Positions 47,569-56,637 of a stretch of DNA of 64,000 nt are shown here, piece by piece. Under the pieces are notes generated by a model that saw only the letters and a program-made list of their open reading frames with translations, made no database searches and had not been told where the DNA came from. A program made the position numbers and the translations under genes. Each line of letters begins with the position of its first letter. Within the stretch, counting starts at the first letter, position 1. The DNA is from Patescibacteria group bacterium (GTDB lineage: Bacteria; Patescibacteriota; Patescibacteriia; Buchananbacterales; UBA6539): assembly GCA_041662625.1 (NCBI GenBank), contig JBAZSB010000001.1, forward strand, positions 246,467 through 310,466, in the 5' to 3' direction.

Positions 47569-48609
47569 ATGAAAAAAGAATTTGACCAAATTAAAAAACA
47601 GTACCAAAAATTAGAGCAGGATTTAAGTGATCCTAAAGTTATTGGTGATAAAGAAAAACTGAAGAAAATTTCCCAAGAGTTTAATCATTTGGAGCCAATC
47701 CTCAAAAAAATTGAAGAATTAGAAAAAACGGAACGGCAAATCGCTGCTTCTCAAGCCACACTCAGTGAAGAGACTGATAATGATTTATTGACTATTGCCC
47801 AGGAAGAACTGACTAGCCTTAGTGAACTTAAAAATGAATTGGAAAAAGATATCAATGACGCTTTAAAGCCATTTGATCCGATGAATCAAAAAAATATCAT
47901 CGTGGAAATCCGGGCGGGAACGGGTGGTGATGAAGCGGCTTTATTTGCTGCTAATTTATTTAGGATGTATTCTCGTTACGCCGAAACACAGGGTTGGCAG
48001 GCAAAAATTTTGAGTTCTAATCGGACTGGAATTGGCGGTTTTAAGGAAATAATTTTTGAAATTACCGGTAAAAATGTTTATTCCAATCTTAAATATGAAA
48101 GCGGCGTCCACCGGGTCCAAAGAGTACCGGAAACCGAAAAAAGCGGCCGGGTTCATACATCTGCGGCAACAGTTGCCGTTTTGCCCGAAGCCGAAGAAGT
48201 TGATATTGCCATTAAACCAGAAGATCTAAGAATTGATGTATTTCGCTCCGGCGGCCATGGCGGGCAAAGTGTTAACACTACTGATTCAGCGGTCCGGATC
48301 ACTTACCTGCCCACTAATACCGTTGTGACTTGCCAAGATGAAAAATCACAGCAAAAAAATAAAGTTAAAGCGATGCAAATTCTACGTTCCCGGCTTCTGG
48401 CCGCTGAACAGGAAAGATTAGCCAAGGAACGAGGTGAGCAAAGAAAATCGCAAATCGGTTCCGGCGACCGTTCGGAAAAAATCAGGACTTATAATTTTCC
48501 TCAAGACCGAGTGACTGACCATCGGCTCAAAGAAAATTGGCATAATATTATGGTGATTATGGATGGCAAAATCCAGCCAATTATTGATAAACTTAAAGAA
48601 GTTGAGTAA
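47569..48609 (+). CDS. prfA: Peptide chain release factor 1
   Basis: GGQ motif SGGHGGQSVNTTDSAVRITY; PxT-type tripeptide PET; 346 aa. Confidence 0.9.
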   Translation: MKKEFDQIKKQYQKLEQDLSDPKVIGDKEKLKKISQEFNHLEPILKKIEELEKTERQIAASQATLSEETDNDLLTIAQEELTSLSELKNELEKDINDALKPFDPMNQKNIIVEIRAGTGGDEAALFAANLFRMYSRYAETQGWQAKILSSNRTGIGGFKEIIFEITGKNVYSNLKYESGVHRVQRVPETEKSGRVHTSAATVAVLPEAEEVDIAIKPEDLRIDVFRSGGHGGQSVNTTDSAVRITYLPTNTVVTCQDEKSQQKNKVKAMQILRSRLLAAEQERLAKERGEQRKSQIGSGDRSEKIRTYNFPQDRVTDHRLKENWHNIMVIMDGKIQPIIDKLKEVE

Positions 48610-48639
48610 TAAAAAAAGGGGTGCTACCCTTTCACAAAG

Positions 48640-49110
48640 AACGATTTTAGGGGCGACGAAGGTCTGCCAACTGCTTTCTGAAAGTCGCGACTTCTTGTTG
48701 GTGTGATATCTCACGATGAGATGTCAGGTGGCGAGAATTGCAGTCGCCACGGTGAATCCAAGAAGGCAAACATTCGGGATTGTACGCACTTGGGAGTGTG
48801 TCTGTCATATGGAGTGGTCTTCGAATCAAACACCCCCCATCTTTACCACAGACGCAGCAAAGATGATTCTCGTAGGCAATCCGGCGCCTTACTGCCTGTC
48901 GGGCCTCCTCTCCCTCTGGCAGCCATAAAGCTGATTGTTCGTGCCGGTGGCGACACCGGCCCTGATGGACAGACTTTACTTCTCCAGCCGGGTTGTAGTG
49001 ACTCCTTAGTGAAGTCGCTGTTAGTGGCCAAAAAGGCCACCAAGTGATACCCTGACAGACGCAACATGTCTTACTGAATATGCCGGTTAGTTTGGGCATC
49101 ATACAAAGGA
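48640..49110. other. GC-rich, about 470-bp insert separating prfA from prmC; coding status doubtful, possibly a structured RNA or a degraded gene
   Basis: Only mutually antisense ORFs (151 aa on minus, 114 aa on plus) with no protein-like features. No convincing RBS. A sharp GC jump against the AT-rich flanks. Confidence 0.35.
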
Positions 49111-49152
49111 CCCTCCCTTCCTATACTATCAGCAAAGCAGGTATTTTTATTT

Positions 49153-50028
49153 ATGTCAAGGATAAAAAATAACAATAATACAAGGAATGAAATTAAAAAA
49201 ACCTTGGTTTTAGTTACCAGGTCTTTAAAATCAGCTAAAATTACAACTGCCCTACTTGATGCTGAAGTATTGCTAGCCTTTGTTTTGAAAAAGCCGAAAG
49301 AATTTTTATATACTCACCCTGAATATAAGCTAAATAAACAGCAACTAGCTCAGTTGAAACAAATGGTGAATCGGCGAGGCAAGGGTGAACCAGTGGCTTA
49401 CTTAAGAAATACTAAAGAATTTTATGACCTGGATTTTTATGTTGATAAACGTGTCTTAATCCCCCGTCCGGAAACAGAAGTATTGGTTGAAGAAGTGCTT
49501 AAGCAGTTCAGAGTTCAGAGTTCAGAGTTCAGAGCTATTGCTGATATTGGCACGGGATCTGGATGTATTGCAATTACCTTGGCTAAACATCTGCCAAAAG
49601 CTAAGATTTTAGCAACTGACATCTCTAAGTTAGCTCTAGATGTGGCTAGAAAAAACGCTAAAAAACATCAGGCTAAGATAAAATTTTATCATGGTGATTT
49701 ACTGGAACCACTAAAAAATAAAAGAATTGACATTATCGTTGCCAATCTTCCCTATTTGGATAATTACTATAAATCTTCAAAAAATCCTGGTTTAAAATTT
49801 GAGCCAAAAACCGCTTTAGAAGGTTACCAACAAGGTTTGGCAGTCTATGAAAAACTCTTCAAACAAATTGCCGGCCTAAAACATAAACCGAAAATAATCA
49901 TCTGCGAAATTGGACCAACGCAGGCGGAAAAAATGAAAAGGCTAACAAAAAAATACCTGCCTAAAAGTAAAACAGAAACAAAAAAAGACTTAGCCGGACT
50001 AAATCGTTTATTGATTACTAAGATTTAA
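49153..50028 (+). CDS. prmC: Release factor glutamine N5-methyltransferase PrmC/HemK
   Basis: NPPY-type motif VANLPY; motif I ADIGTGSGCIAI; directly downstream of prfA. Confidence 0.9.
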   Translation: MSRIKNNNNTRNEIKKTLVLVTRSLKSAKITTALLDAEVLLAFVLKKPKEFLYTHPEYKLNKQQLAQLKQMVNRRGKGEPVAYLRNTKEFYDLDFYVDKRVLIPRPETEVLVEEVLKQFRVQSSEFRAIADIGTGSGCIAITLAKHLPKAKILATDISKLALDVARKNAKKHQAKIKFYHGDLLEPLKNKRIDIIVANLPYLDNYYKSSKNPGLKFEPKTALEGYQQGLAVYEKLFKQIAGLKHKPKIIICEIGPTQAEKMKRLTKKYLPKSKTETKKDLAGLNRLLITKI

Positions 50029-50345
50029 AAAAAGAGACCTTAGTCAGTCAAGCTTACCAAACCAAGGCTTCTTATGAAGCAAGGTACGAACTATCAGGTG
50101 AGACGATGAATCGGACGAACTCTATCGCCCTGATAACGACCCCAAAAGTCCGGGTCTGGCTCAGGCCGATACGCCGGGATAGAGTCCATTATCGCCTGTA
50201 TGGTTGCAGCCGCTTCTGCGAACTCGTCCATAACCTGTCCTCCTATTAGACACGGGTTTATCCTTATAAATAATCTAACAAGATAATATAATTTTGGCAA
50301 ATAAAAAAAGACTTAGCCGGGCTAAATCGTTTGTTAATTGTTAAG
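49981..50345. repeat. Imperfect 42-bp direct repeats (49981..50022 and 50303..50345) duplicating the 3' end of prmC and bracketing a 270-bp GC-rich insert
   Basis: aaaaaagacttagccgg[ag]ctaaatcgttt[ag]tt[ga]att[ag][ct]taag seen in both copies; 5 mismatches in 42 positions. Confidence 0.75.
50094..50231 (-). CDS. 45-aa ORF inside the GC-rich insert, with a perfect AGGAGG RBS
   Basis: AGGAGGACAGGUU-AUG precedes MDEFAEAAATIQAIMDSIPAYRPEPDPDFWGRYQGDRVRPIHRLT. Confidence 0.45.
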   Translation of the reverse strand: MDEFAEAAATIQAIMDSIPAYRPEPDPDFWGRYQGDRVRPIHRLT

Positions 50346-50361
50346 TGTTAATTGTTAAAAG

Positions 50362-50982
50362 CTATCTATTCCCGTTTCTAATAATATTTTCCACCGCCGC
50401 CCATTTACTCTCGCCGTCATCAGGCGTCAAAATTACCACTTCATCACCTGGCGCCCCATGGAAATAAGTGACTGACGCCGTCAGCAATTTCCATTTCTTT
50501 TTGCCGTCAACCGCATACCACTCGCCGGCTTTTTCGTCCTGGACTAAAGTGGCCACCAATTGTTTTCTTTCCACCGGACCAATTTGTTTATAAATAAAAG
50601 AACCATCTTTGCGGATGGTTAATTTCAAAATATCACCTTCAACTAGTTTTGATTTCGAGGCATAATTGGCCGGCACGTTATATTCAATCCCGTCACCCCC
50701 AACCATCTTTTCACCGGTAAAAACGCCTTCGATAATCCGTTCACTGCCTTCGCTTAAATTAATAAAGCCTTCACTGGCTTCTTTAGTATCTTTAAGGCTA
50801 TCAAGTAAAGCAGCCGGATTAACATCTTTTTCATTCAATAACTTCAAAGCTTTCTTGATATTAGCTTGAGTATTTTCTAAAATATCCTTCAATAAATCCA
50901 AATGACGTTTGGTATCTTCGTCATCTAATTCTGGAGTTTCAAAGTTTTCGTCTTTTTGATTTTTTTTCTTTTTTCCCACCAT
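50362..50982 (-). CDS. Hypothetical protein (206 aa)
   Basis: Charged N-terminal region; no recognisable motif. Confidence 0.5.
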   Translation of the reverse strand: MVGKKKKNQKDENFETPELDDEDTKRHLDLLKDILENTQANIKKALKLLNEKDVNPAALLDSLKDTKEASEGFINLSEGSERIIEGVFTGEKMVGGDGIEYNVPANYASKSKLVEGDILKLTIRKDGSFIYKQIGPVERKQLVATLVQDEKAGEWYAVDGKKKWKLLTASVTYFHGAPGDEVVILTPDDGESKWAAVENIIRNGNR

Positions 50983-50999
50983 TTTTATTTTTATTAATT

Positions 51000-51536
51000 T
51001 TATTTTTGGTAAAGATAGATTGTGGCTTTTTTTGGGTTTGGTTTATCAACGATTTTGGGCGGCCAACCGGGCAGGCTGAAGGCATAAGAAACAATCCGGC
51101 AGCCGGGTTTAGTTTCTTTTTCTAATTTTGGTTTTATTTTTTTCATGGCTGGCGGGGTCAAAAACATGCAAATGACATCAGCCTGGCTTAGATCCTGACT
51201 GAAAAAATTGGCATATTTGAGCTTAACTTTCCCCGCTAAGCCCCTTAATATTATTTTAGTATACCCTAGCAGATATGGCAAGGTAGCAATTTCAAATCCG
51301 GTCGCTTTAGCGCCAAATTCTGTTGCCGCAATGATGATAATTCGGCCATCGCCGGCGCCCAAGTCATAAACAATTTCTCCGGGTTTAACCTCAGCAATTT
51401 TCATCATTCGCCGGATGTCGTCTTTCCAAAGCGGTACCCAGGGAGCAGCAGAAATTCCACCCAAAACAAAGGTGCCGAGTATCAAAAACAAAAAAATAAT
51501 GAATAACACCCAAAAAATAAAGATTAAAACCGTCAT
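51000..51536 (-). CDS. Membrane-anchored class I SAM-dependent methyltransferase
   Basis: N-terminal TM helix; motif I VYDLGAGDGRIIIIAA. Confidence 0.65.
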   Translation of the reverse strand: MTVLIFIFWVLFIIFLFLILGTFVLGGISAAPWVPLWKDDIRRMMKIAEVKPGEIVYDLGAGDGRIIIIAATEFGAKATGFEIATLPYLLGYTKIILRGLAGKVKLKYANFFSQDLSQADVICMFLTPPAMKKIKPKLEKETKPGCRIVSYAFSLPGWPPKIVDKPNPKKATIYLYQK

Positions 51537-54106
51537 AAGGACCGCTCCAGCGGCGGATTAAATTCATCGGCCTTTCTTAAACCAAGCTGACTACGCCGCG
51601 AAACATCAGCTTCGACTTTTTTCCGGTCAGCCCCGTATTTCCAGCGGGAAAATTCTTTAATTTCCGAAGCAATATCCTTGTTGCCAATTTTAGGGGGAAA
51701 AGCATGAAAATTGAAAGCCCGCGCCGGCTGATTATCAATCAATAATCTCACATAAGCATTAAATTTTTCAATATTCATCAAATCATACTCATCAACGACT
51801 GGCGCCATTTGTTTGGCGATTTCCTCGGCATCTTCCGGGCCAATCCGAAAAGCAGCAATCGTACCGACATTACCAAAGATAGCGTCTTTAACTTTATTCC
51901 CCTGGTTTTTGCCTTCCGGTCCGCTACTTTCAGTTAATTGCCCGATATACTGATGGGCTAAAATTAAATTAAGTTTATATTTTCTGGCTTCGGCTAAAAT
52001 TGTAGCGATACTATCAGTAATAAAGTTTTGGAACTCATCAATATATAAATAAAAATCATGACGCTTTTCTTCAGAAATATCTGTTCGTGACAAAGCCGCC
52101 ATTTGAAGTTTAGCCACAATAATTAGCCCCAGCAAATTACTGTTAACTTCGCCCGTTGTACCTTTAGCCAAATTAACTAATAATATTTTTTGCTGATCCA
52201 TCACTTCACGAAAATTAAAGCCGGATTTTGGTTGGCCGATGATATTTCTGATCATTTGATTTTCCACAAACCGGCCAACCTTGGAAATTAAATAGCCAAG
52301 CATTTCTGATTTATGGAAGTCGGAAGTTTTGGCCATTTCCTGTTCCCAAAACGACCGGACCATCGGATCAGTAACTTTAGTCAATTTATATTTTTGGAAA
52401 TCTTTGTCCGTAAACATCCGAGGGATTTCGGCAATCGTGCCTGGATATTCCCGATCCGCCATCAAAGTCAGCATAGCATTTCTCATGTTATGCTCAAACA
52501 TTGGGCCAATCATTGAAGGATCGGTGACCAATTTATAAAAAATCGAAATCATTTCTTGAATCGCAAAATCCTGCTGGTCAATGGTTTCTGCTTCCAACAT
52601 ATTCAAACCAATTGGCCGCTCCATATCAGAAGGATTGAAATAAATTACATCTTCTACTCTTTCTTTAGGGACATGGGGTAAAATATCTTCAACAAAACTA
52701 CCGTGCGGATCAATGATACAGACACCTTTACCATTTTTAATATCCTGAACCGCTAAATTAATCAATAAATTAGATTTACCAGTTCCGGTCATCCCGATGA
52801 TATAAAGATGACGCCGTCGGTCGTTAGTTTTTAAATAAATATTACTCGTTACGCCGCGATAAATATTTTCCCCCAGTAATATTCCTTCCTCGCCTAAATT
52901 AGACGGCGGGGGTAATCTTTTGGCCAAAAGCCACCGGACATTTGGCGTTTCCAAATAAGGGGTGGGAAAATGAAAGAGACTGGCCAATTCTTCCGTGTTT
53001 AAAATCAATTTTTGGTTATGATGAAAAGTCCGATAAATGAAGCTACTCACAAGCTTGTTGGCTGATTCTTTAACTAATTTAAAGCTGTTGCCATATTGGT
53101 AAAAATTGAACTGAGCAAAGGAATCAACGACGCTATTGAGATGCGCTTCAGCCCTGGCTTTATCCGGCGCTGAGGCAACAATTCTAATATTGCAATCCAG
53201 GCCGGCTTTAGAGGTTTTTTCTTCTAAACCTTTAACTAATTCTTGCTCCATCGGCGAAAGAGTCCTTGGGGCTTTAACTTTTTCCGCCTCAATTTGCTTT
53301 GCGGTCTTAGTATTAAATAAATTAAAAACACTACTAAAACTCAATTTGGACATTGCTTCATTAACGGTTTTTCCTTTCTGAACTTCAGTGGCCACTCTTG
53401 AACCTTTGGCGTGCCAGCCTTTTTTAGCCGACCGGGCGATAATTTGAATCGCAACGCCGTCGGTCTTATTAATTTTGCTCAAGGAATTAGTAACGGCATT
53501 CAAGGGGTCAGTGCCCAATTTTTGGTAAGTTTTGATGGGAAAAATATAACTGCGGGTAAATTTTAAATAACCGGTTATTACCTCCTCTTGGGGCGAAAAA
53601 ATATTATAATCCTGGACTTCAGACAAATTCGCTTCGGGATGTTGGGCCAAAATTTGCTGTTCCAGATGGTTTTGTAGATATTTAGGAGCGGCGACATAAA
53701 AAGAAATTAAACCATCCCGGGCAACAATCTCAAAAGAAAAAACATCAGTCCTGCCCCAAAACCAGGCCCGTAGTCCGCGCTGGGCTTTTAGGCCACCGAT
53801 AGTTGAAAGCCAGCTTTCGGCCAAAGAAATCTGGCTGCGAATTTGCTCAATAGTTTTTTCTTGATCAGCCGATTCAGCCGATTCCTTGGGGACGGTGACT
53901 AAAAAAATTACTTTTTGGAATGCCGCCGGCAAAAAATTCCTCAATCGTAATAATGCCCTAATCAAAAAAACCAAGATAACCAAAAGTATTATCAAGGTTA
54001 ATATATCAATGGCGATAAAAAGGTATGCCTGGTTAATTGTCACTGTCGGATCAATGGTCGGATATTGGGGGCTAGGAACACCAAATTGAGTTGCCAGTAA
54101 ACTCAT
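51533..54106 (-). CDS. VirD4/TraG/TraD-like coupling-protein ATPase (T4SS DNA-binding domain), membrane-anchored
   Basis: N-terminal TM; Walker A IIGMTGTGKS; Walker B YLYIDEFQNF; 857 aa. Confidence 0.6.
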   Translation of the reverse strand: MSLLATQFGVPSPQYPTIDPTVTINQAYLFIAIDILTLIILLVILVFLIRALLRLRNFLPAAFQKVIFLVTVPKESAESADQEKTIEQIRSQISLAESWLSTIGGLKAQRGLRAWFWGRTDVFSFEIVARDGLISFYVAAPKYLQNHLEQQILAQHPEANLSEVQDYNIFSPQEEVITGYLKFTRSYIFPIKTYQKLGTDPLNAVTNSLSKINKTDGVAIQIIARSAKKGWHAKGSRVATEVQKGKTVNEAMSKLSFSSVFNLFNTKTAKQIEAEKVKAPRTLSPMEQELVKGLEEKTSKAGLDCNIRIVASAPDKARAEAHLNSVVDSFAQFNFYQYGNSFKLVKESANKLVSSFIYRTFHHNQKLILNTEELASLFHFPTPYLETPNVRWLLAKRLPPPSNLGEEGILLGENIYRGVTSNIYLKTNDRRRHLYIIGMTGTGKSNLLINLAVQDIKNGKGVCIIDPHGSFVEDILPHVPKERVEDVIYFNPSDMERPIGLNMLEAETIDQQDFAIQEMISIFYKLVTDPSMIGPMFEHNMRNAMLTLMADREYPGTIAEIPRMFTDKDFQKYKLTKVTDPMVRSFWEQEMAKTSDFHKSEMLGYLISKVGRFVENQMIRNIIGQPKSGFNFREVMDQQKILLVNLAKGTTGEVNSNLLGLIIVAKLQMAALSRTDISEEKRHDFYLYIDEFQNFITDSIATILAEARKYKLNLILAHQYIGQLTESSGPEGKNQGNKVKDAIFGNVGTIAAFRIGPEDAEEIAKQMAPVVDEYDLMNIEKFNAYVRLLIDNQPARAFNFHAFPPKIGNKDIASEIKEFSRWKYGADRKKVEADVSRRSQLGLRKADEFNPPLERSL

Positions 54107-54111
54107 TTATT

Positions 54112-54603
54112 TTATTTTAAGTGGATTATTTTATCGGTTTTTATTTTAGCTTCTTGGCGAATAAAGAATTTGCTGACTCCGGGGATAATCTTTAGCCAAG
54201 CCAAAATCAGCTTAAAAATTTTTTTAGTTTTTACTTTAGTCTTAGCTAAAATTTTTTCAATTTGCTTAGCTGTATCTTCGCCTTTAGCTTTGAATTGTTG
54301 CCTCAGCGCCGGGTCCATCTTAAAATAGGCATCTTCTAATTCTTCTTCCAAAATACCTTCAATTTTAATCAACGCCTCACTTTTATCCAAAGGCACAATT
54401 TTTGCTGCCATTGCTGGCGGCGGGATAGGGGTTGGTTTAAACCCCGCTTCCTTTTCTTGGGCAACTTCAGCCACTCCTTCTTCTACTGGTTCACTTTCCG
54501 GCTTTACCAGCTTTTCTTTTGACTCCGGCTCAAATTCTTTTGGCGGAATTATCTCGCGCCTAGGGGTTGGTTCAGTTTGTTTTTGAAAAAATTGAGGGCT
54601 CAT
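54112..54603 (-). CDS. Hypothetical Glu/Lys-rich protein (163 aa)
   Basis: Low-complexity charged protein; only a 5-nt gap from the upstream ATPase gene. Confidence 0.45.
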   Translation of the reverse strand: MSPQFFQKQTEPTPRREIIPPKEFEPESKEKLVKPESEPVEEGVAEVAQEKEAGFKPTPIPPPAMAAKIVPLDKSEALIKIEGILEEELEDAYFKMDPALRQQFKAKGEDTAKQIEKILAKTKVKTKKIFKLILAWLKIIPGVSKFFIRQEAKIKTDKIIHLK

Positions 54604-54716
54604 ATATCCTAATTATAATACAAAAAACCAAAAATTACCAGCTCTTCTTTCCTAGCAAGGCTAATTATGGTATTATATAAGTAATTTAGATACTCAATAT
54701 TATTAATTAAATCTCT

Positions 54717-55649
54717 ATGGCGACAACCCAAAAAGTGGAATTCCCTAATTTTACTTGGATTAATATTGGTAACCCAACAGAATCAGATATCAGGCAACTA
54801 GGCGAAAAATACAAATTCCATCCCCTAGATCTGAATGACTGTCTGACCCTAAGCCATCGCAGTAAAATTGACATTTATTCTAAATATACTTTTTTAGTCT
54901 TTCTTTTTCCTGTTTACCGTGAAGCAACTCGTGAGATTGTTGCCTCAGAACTTAACCTTTTCATCGGCAAGGATTATTTAATCAGCATCCACCGCGGTGA
55001 TTTGAAGGTTTTCAGTGATTTTTTTGACCTTTTTCGTCTGAGCTCAGATTTACGACAAAGATACCAGGACAAATCCCCCGAAAAGCTGCTTTATGAAATC
55101 TTAAATAAGCTTTTCTTGTATTGTTTCCCGATGATGGATCATTTAAGTGATGATTGTGACGCCATTGAAAAAGCCATCTTCTCCGGCCGGGAAAGGCATA
55201 TGGTTTCCGAGATTTTAGTTATCAGACGTAATATTACTGATTTTCGCCGGATTATGCAGGTTCATAAAAACGTTTTGAAAAAAGCCATCATCCATTTTAA
55301 AGAAAACCCAATCTATGTGATGAAAAAGGCCGATCTGTATTTTGAAAGTCTGATCGATTATGCCAAAGAAATCTGGGACAATCTAGAAAATCTTAAAGAA
55401 AGGATTGAAGCCCTCCAACAGACTAACGAATCCCAGATTTCCTTTAAGCTCTCCGACATCATGCGAATTTTGACAATTATTTCAGTCACCACTTTCCCTG
55501 TCACACTTTTAGCCACAATTTTTGGGATGAATACCATTAATGCCATGCCTTTCATGGGACATCCTTTTGGTTTTTGGATGGTAATCAGTTTAATGGTTAT
55601 TATAGTTTTCGGAATGTTAACTATATTCAAAAAAAAGGGCTGGCTGTAA
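54717..55649 (+). CDS. corA: CorA-family magnesium/cobalt transporter
   Basis: GMN signature in IFGMNTINAMPF; two C-terminal TM helices; 310 aa. Confidence 0.85.
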   Translation: MATTQKVEFPNFTWINIGNPTESDIRQLGEKYKFHPLDLNDCLTLSHRSKIDIYSKYTFLVFLFPVYREATREIVASELNLFIGKDYLISIHRGDLKVFSDFFDLFRLSSDLRQRYQDKSPEKLLYEILNKLFLYCFPMMDHLSDDCDAIEKAIFSGRERHMVSEILVIRRNITDFRRIMQVHKNVLKKAIIHFKENPIYVMKKADLYFESLIDYAKEIWDNLENLKERIEALQQTNESQISFKLSDIMRILTIISVTTFPVTLLATIFGMNTINAMPFMGHPFGFWMVISLMVIIVFGMLTIFKKKGWL

Positions 55650-55676
55650 TCCCCTATATATTTTCCAAATAGTTTT

Positions 55677-55707
55677 ACCCCAACACTAAAGTGTCATGGG
55701 GTTTTTA
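55677..55707 (+). terminator. Probable intrinsic terminator of corA
   Basis: accccaacac-taaa-gtgtcatggggt hairpin followed by TTTTTAT. Confidence 0.5.
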
Positions 55708-55824
55708 TATTGACAAAAATAGGATATTATGATACTTTCAAATGATGTTCATTTTGTTATAGTGATTGAGGAGAGAAGCAAGGGAATCACATTCTTCCAT
55801 TAGGAAGGAAGGAAGGAGCAAGTC

Positions 55825-56067
55825 ATGGCGAAGTTATTGTCTGATAAAGACATAGTCTGTAGACGTACAACAGGATGTCGAGGCACTGACCGGGTCAGAC
55901 GATACGCTTGTGGCTGCAGGCGAGAGACAAATGAAAATCCGCATAGCCCAGAATGTCTGGCCAGTATGCGGGTCAATAGCCGCGGCAATCGTTCCTGCGG
56001 TCAACCCGGAGAACCTGAAACACACACTGCTCGGAGACGAGCAAGGAGGTGCGCATGTCGACACTAG
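55825..56067 (+). CDS. Cys/Arg-rich 80-aa ORF, first gene of the GC-rich three-gene unit; coding status uncertain
   Basis: GGAAGGAAGGAAGGAGC SD-like run 5 nt before the ATG. Its stop overlaps the next gene's start (ATGTCGACACTAG). Composition is unusual (15 Arg, 8 Cys). Confidence 0.35.
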   Translation: MAKLLSDKDIVCRRTTGCRGTDRVRRYACGCRRETNENPHSPECLASMRVNSRGNRSCGQPGEPETHTARRRARRCACRH

Positions 56068-56342
56068 CCCCTACCACAGATCTGACGAGTTTGGTCTACA
56101 CGATTCTGACAATGGCCGCGCCGGGAGCGTGGATGGAGGACGCAGTACCCGTTCTTACTGCTGCTTGTGCGGCAGAAGTATTTGGCGGGTCTACTGCCAA
56201 CGTCATCGTGATCGTTGGCAATCATGGCCTTGATGACATCAAAAAGGCCCTGGGGTTGTCCACCGACACCTTGGGCTTTACACACGAAGTTATCGATGGC
56301 CAAACCGCAAGCCAGCGCGGACTACTCCCGCCACAACGATAG
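56055..56342 (+). CDS. Hypothetical 95-aa protein, GC-rich unit gene 2
   Basis: AAGGAGG 5 nt before the ATG. MSTLAPTTDLTSLVYTILTMAAPGAWMEDAVPVLTAACAAEVFGGSTANVIVIVGNHGLDDIKKALG... Confidence 0.55.
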   Translation: MSTLAPTTDLTSLVYTILTMAAPGAWMEDAVPVLTAACAAEVFGGSTANVIVIVGNHGLDDIKKALGLSTDTLGFTHEVIDGQTASQRGLLPPQR

Positions 56343-56361
56343 ACAGGAAGGAAAGCAAACG

Positions 56362-56559
56362 ATGCAGATCCCAGAATTCGGAGTAGCAGACTGCGACGGA
56401 CAGAAACGTCCGGTCAGGGTGACCAAGGTGGCCATAAGCGTCGAATTCCTCGACACACACGAAAGTGGCGAGGTCACGGCTGAACAAATCGTTCACACTT
56501 CCTGGAGCGGAGCTGATGCAGCCAACGACGCCAAGGCTCTGAGCGAAAAGCAGCCATAG
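56362..56559 (+). CDS. Hypothetical 65-aa protein, GC-rich unit gene 3
   Basis: GGAAGGAAAG 7 nt before the ATG. MQIPEFGVADCDGQKRPVRVTKVAISVEFLDTHESGEVTAEQIVHTSWSG... followed by a terminator. Confidence 0.5.
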   Translation: MQIPEFGVADCDGQKRPVRVTKVAISVEFLDTHESGEVTAEQIVHTSWSGADAANDAKALSEKQP

Positions 56560-56582
56560 TCCCTCCCCCTCCTCACTGCGAA

Positions 56583-56637
56583 GAGCCCCGCGTCTGAACT
56601 GTAATGGTTCGGACCGGGGCTCGCATTTTTTTATTAA
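56583..56637 (+). terminator. Rho-independent terminator closing the GC-rich three-gene unit
   Basis: gagccccg ... cggggctc stem followed by gcaTTTTTTTaTT. Confidence 0.7.

Noticed and set aside
48647-49102. 151-aa minus-strand ORF and 114-aa plus-strand ORF in the prfA-prmC insert
   Set aside because: Mutually antisense, no RBS, implausible composition. Neither can be preferred, so the region is treated as non-coding or degraded.
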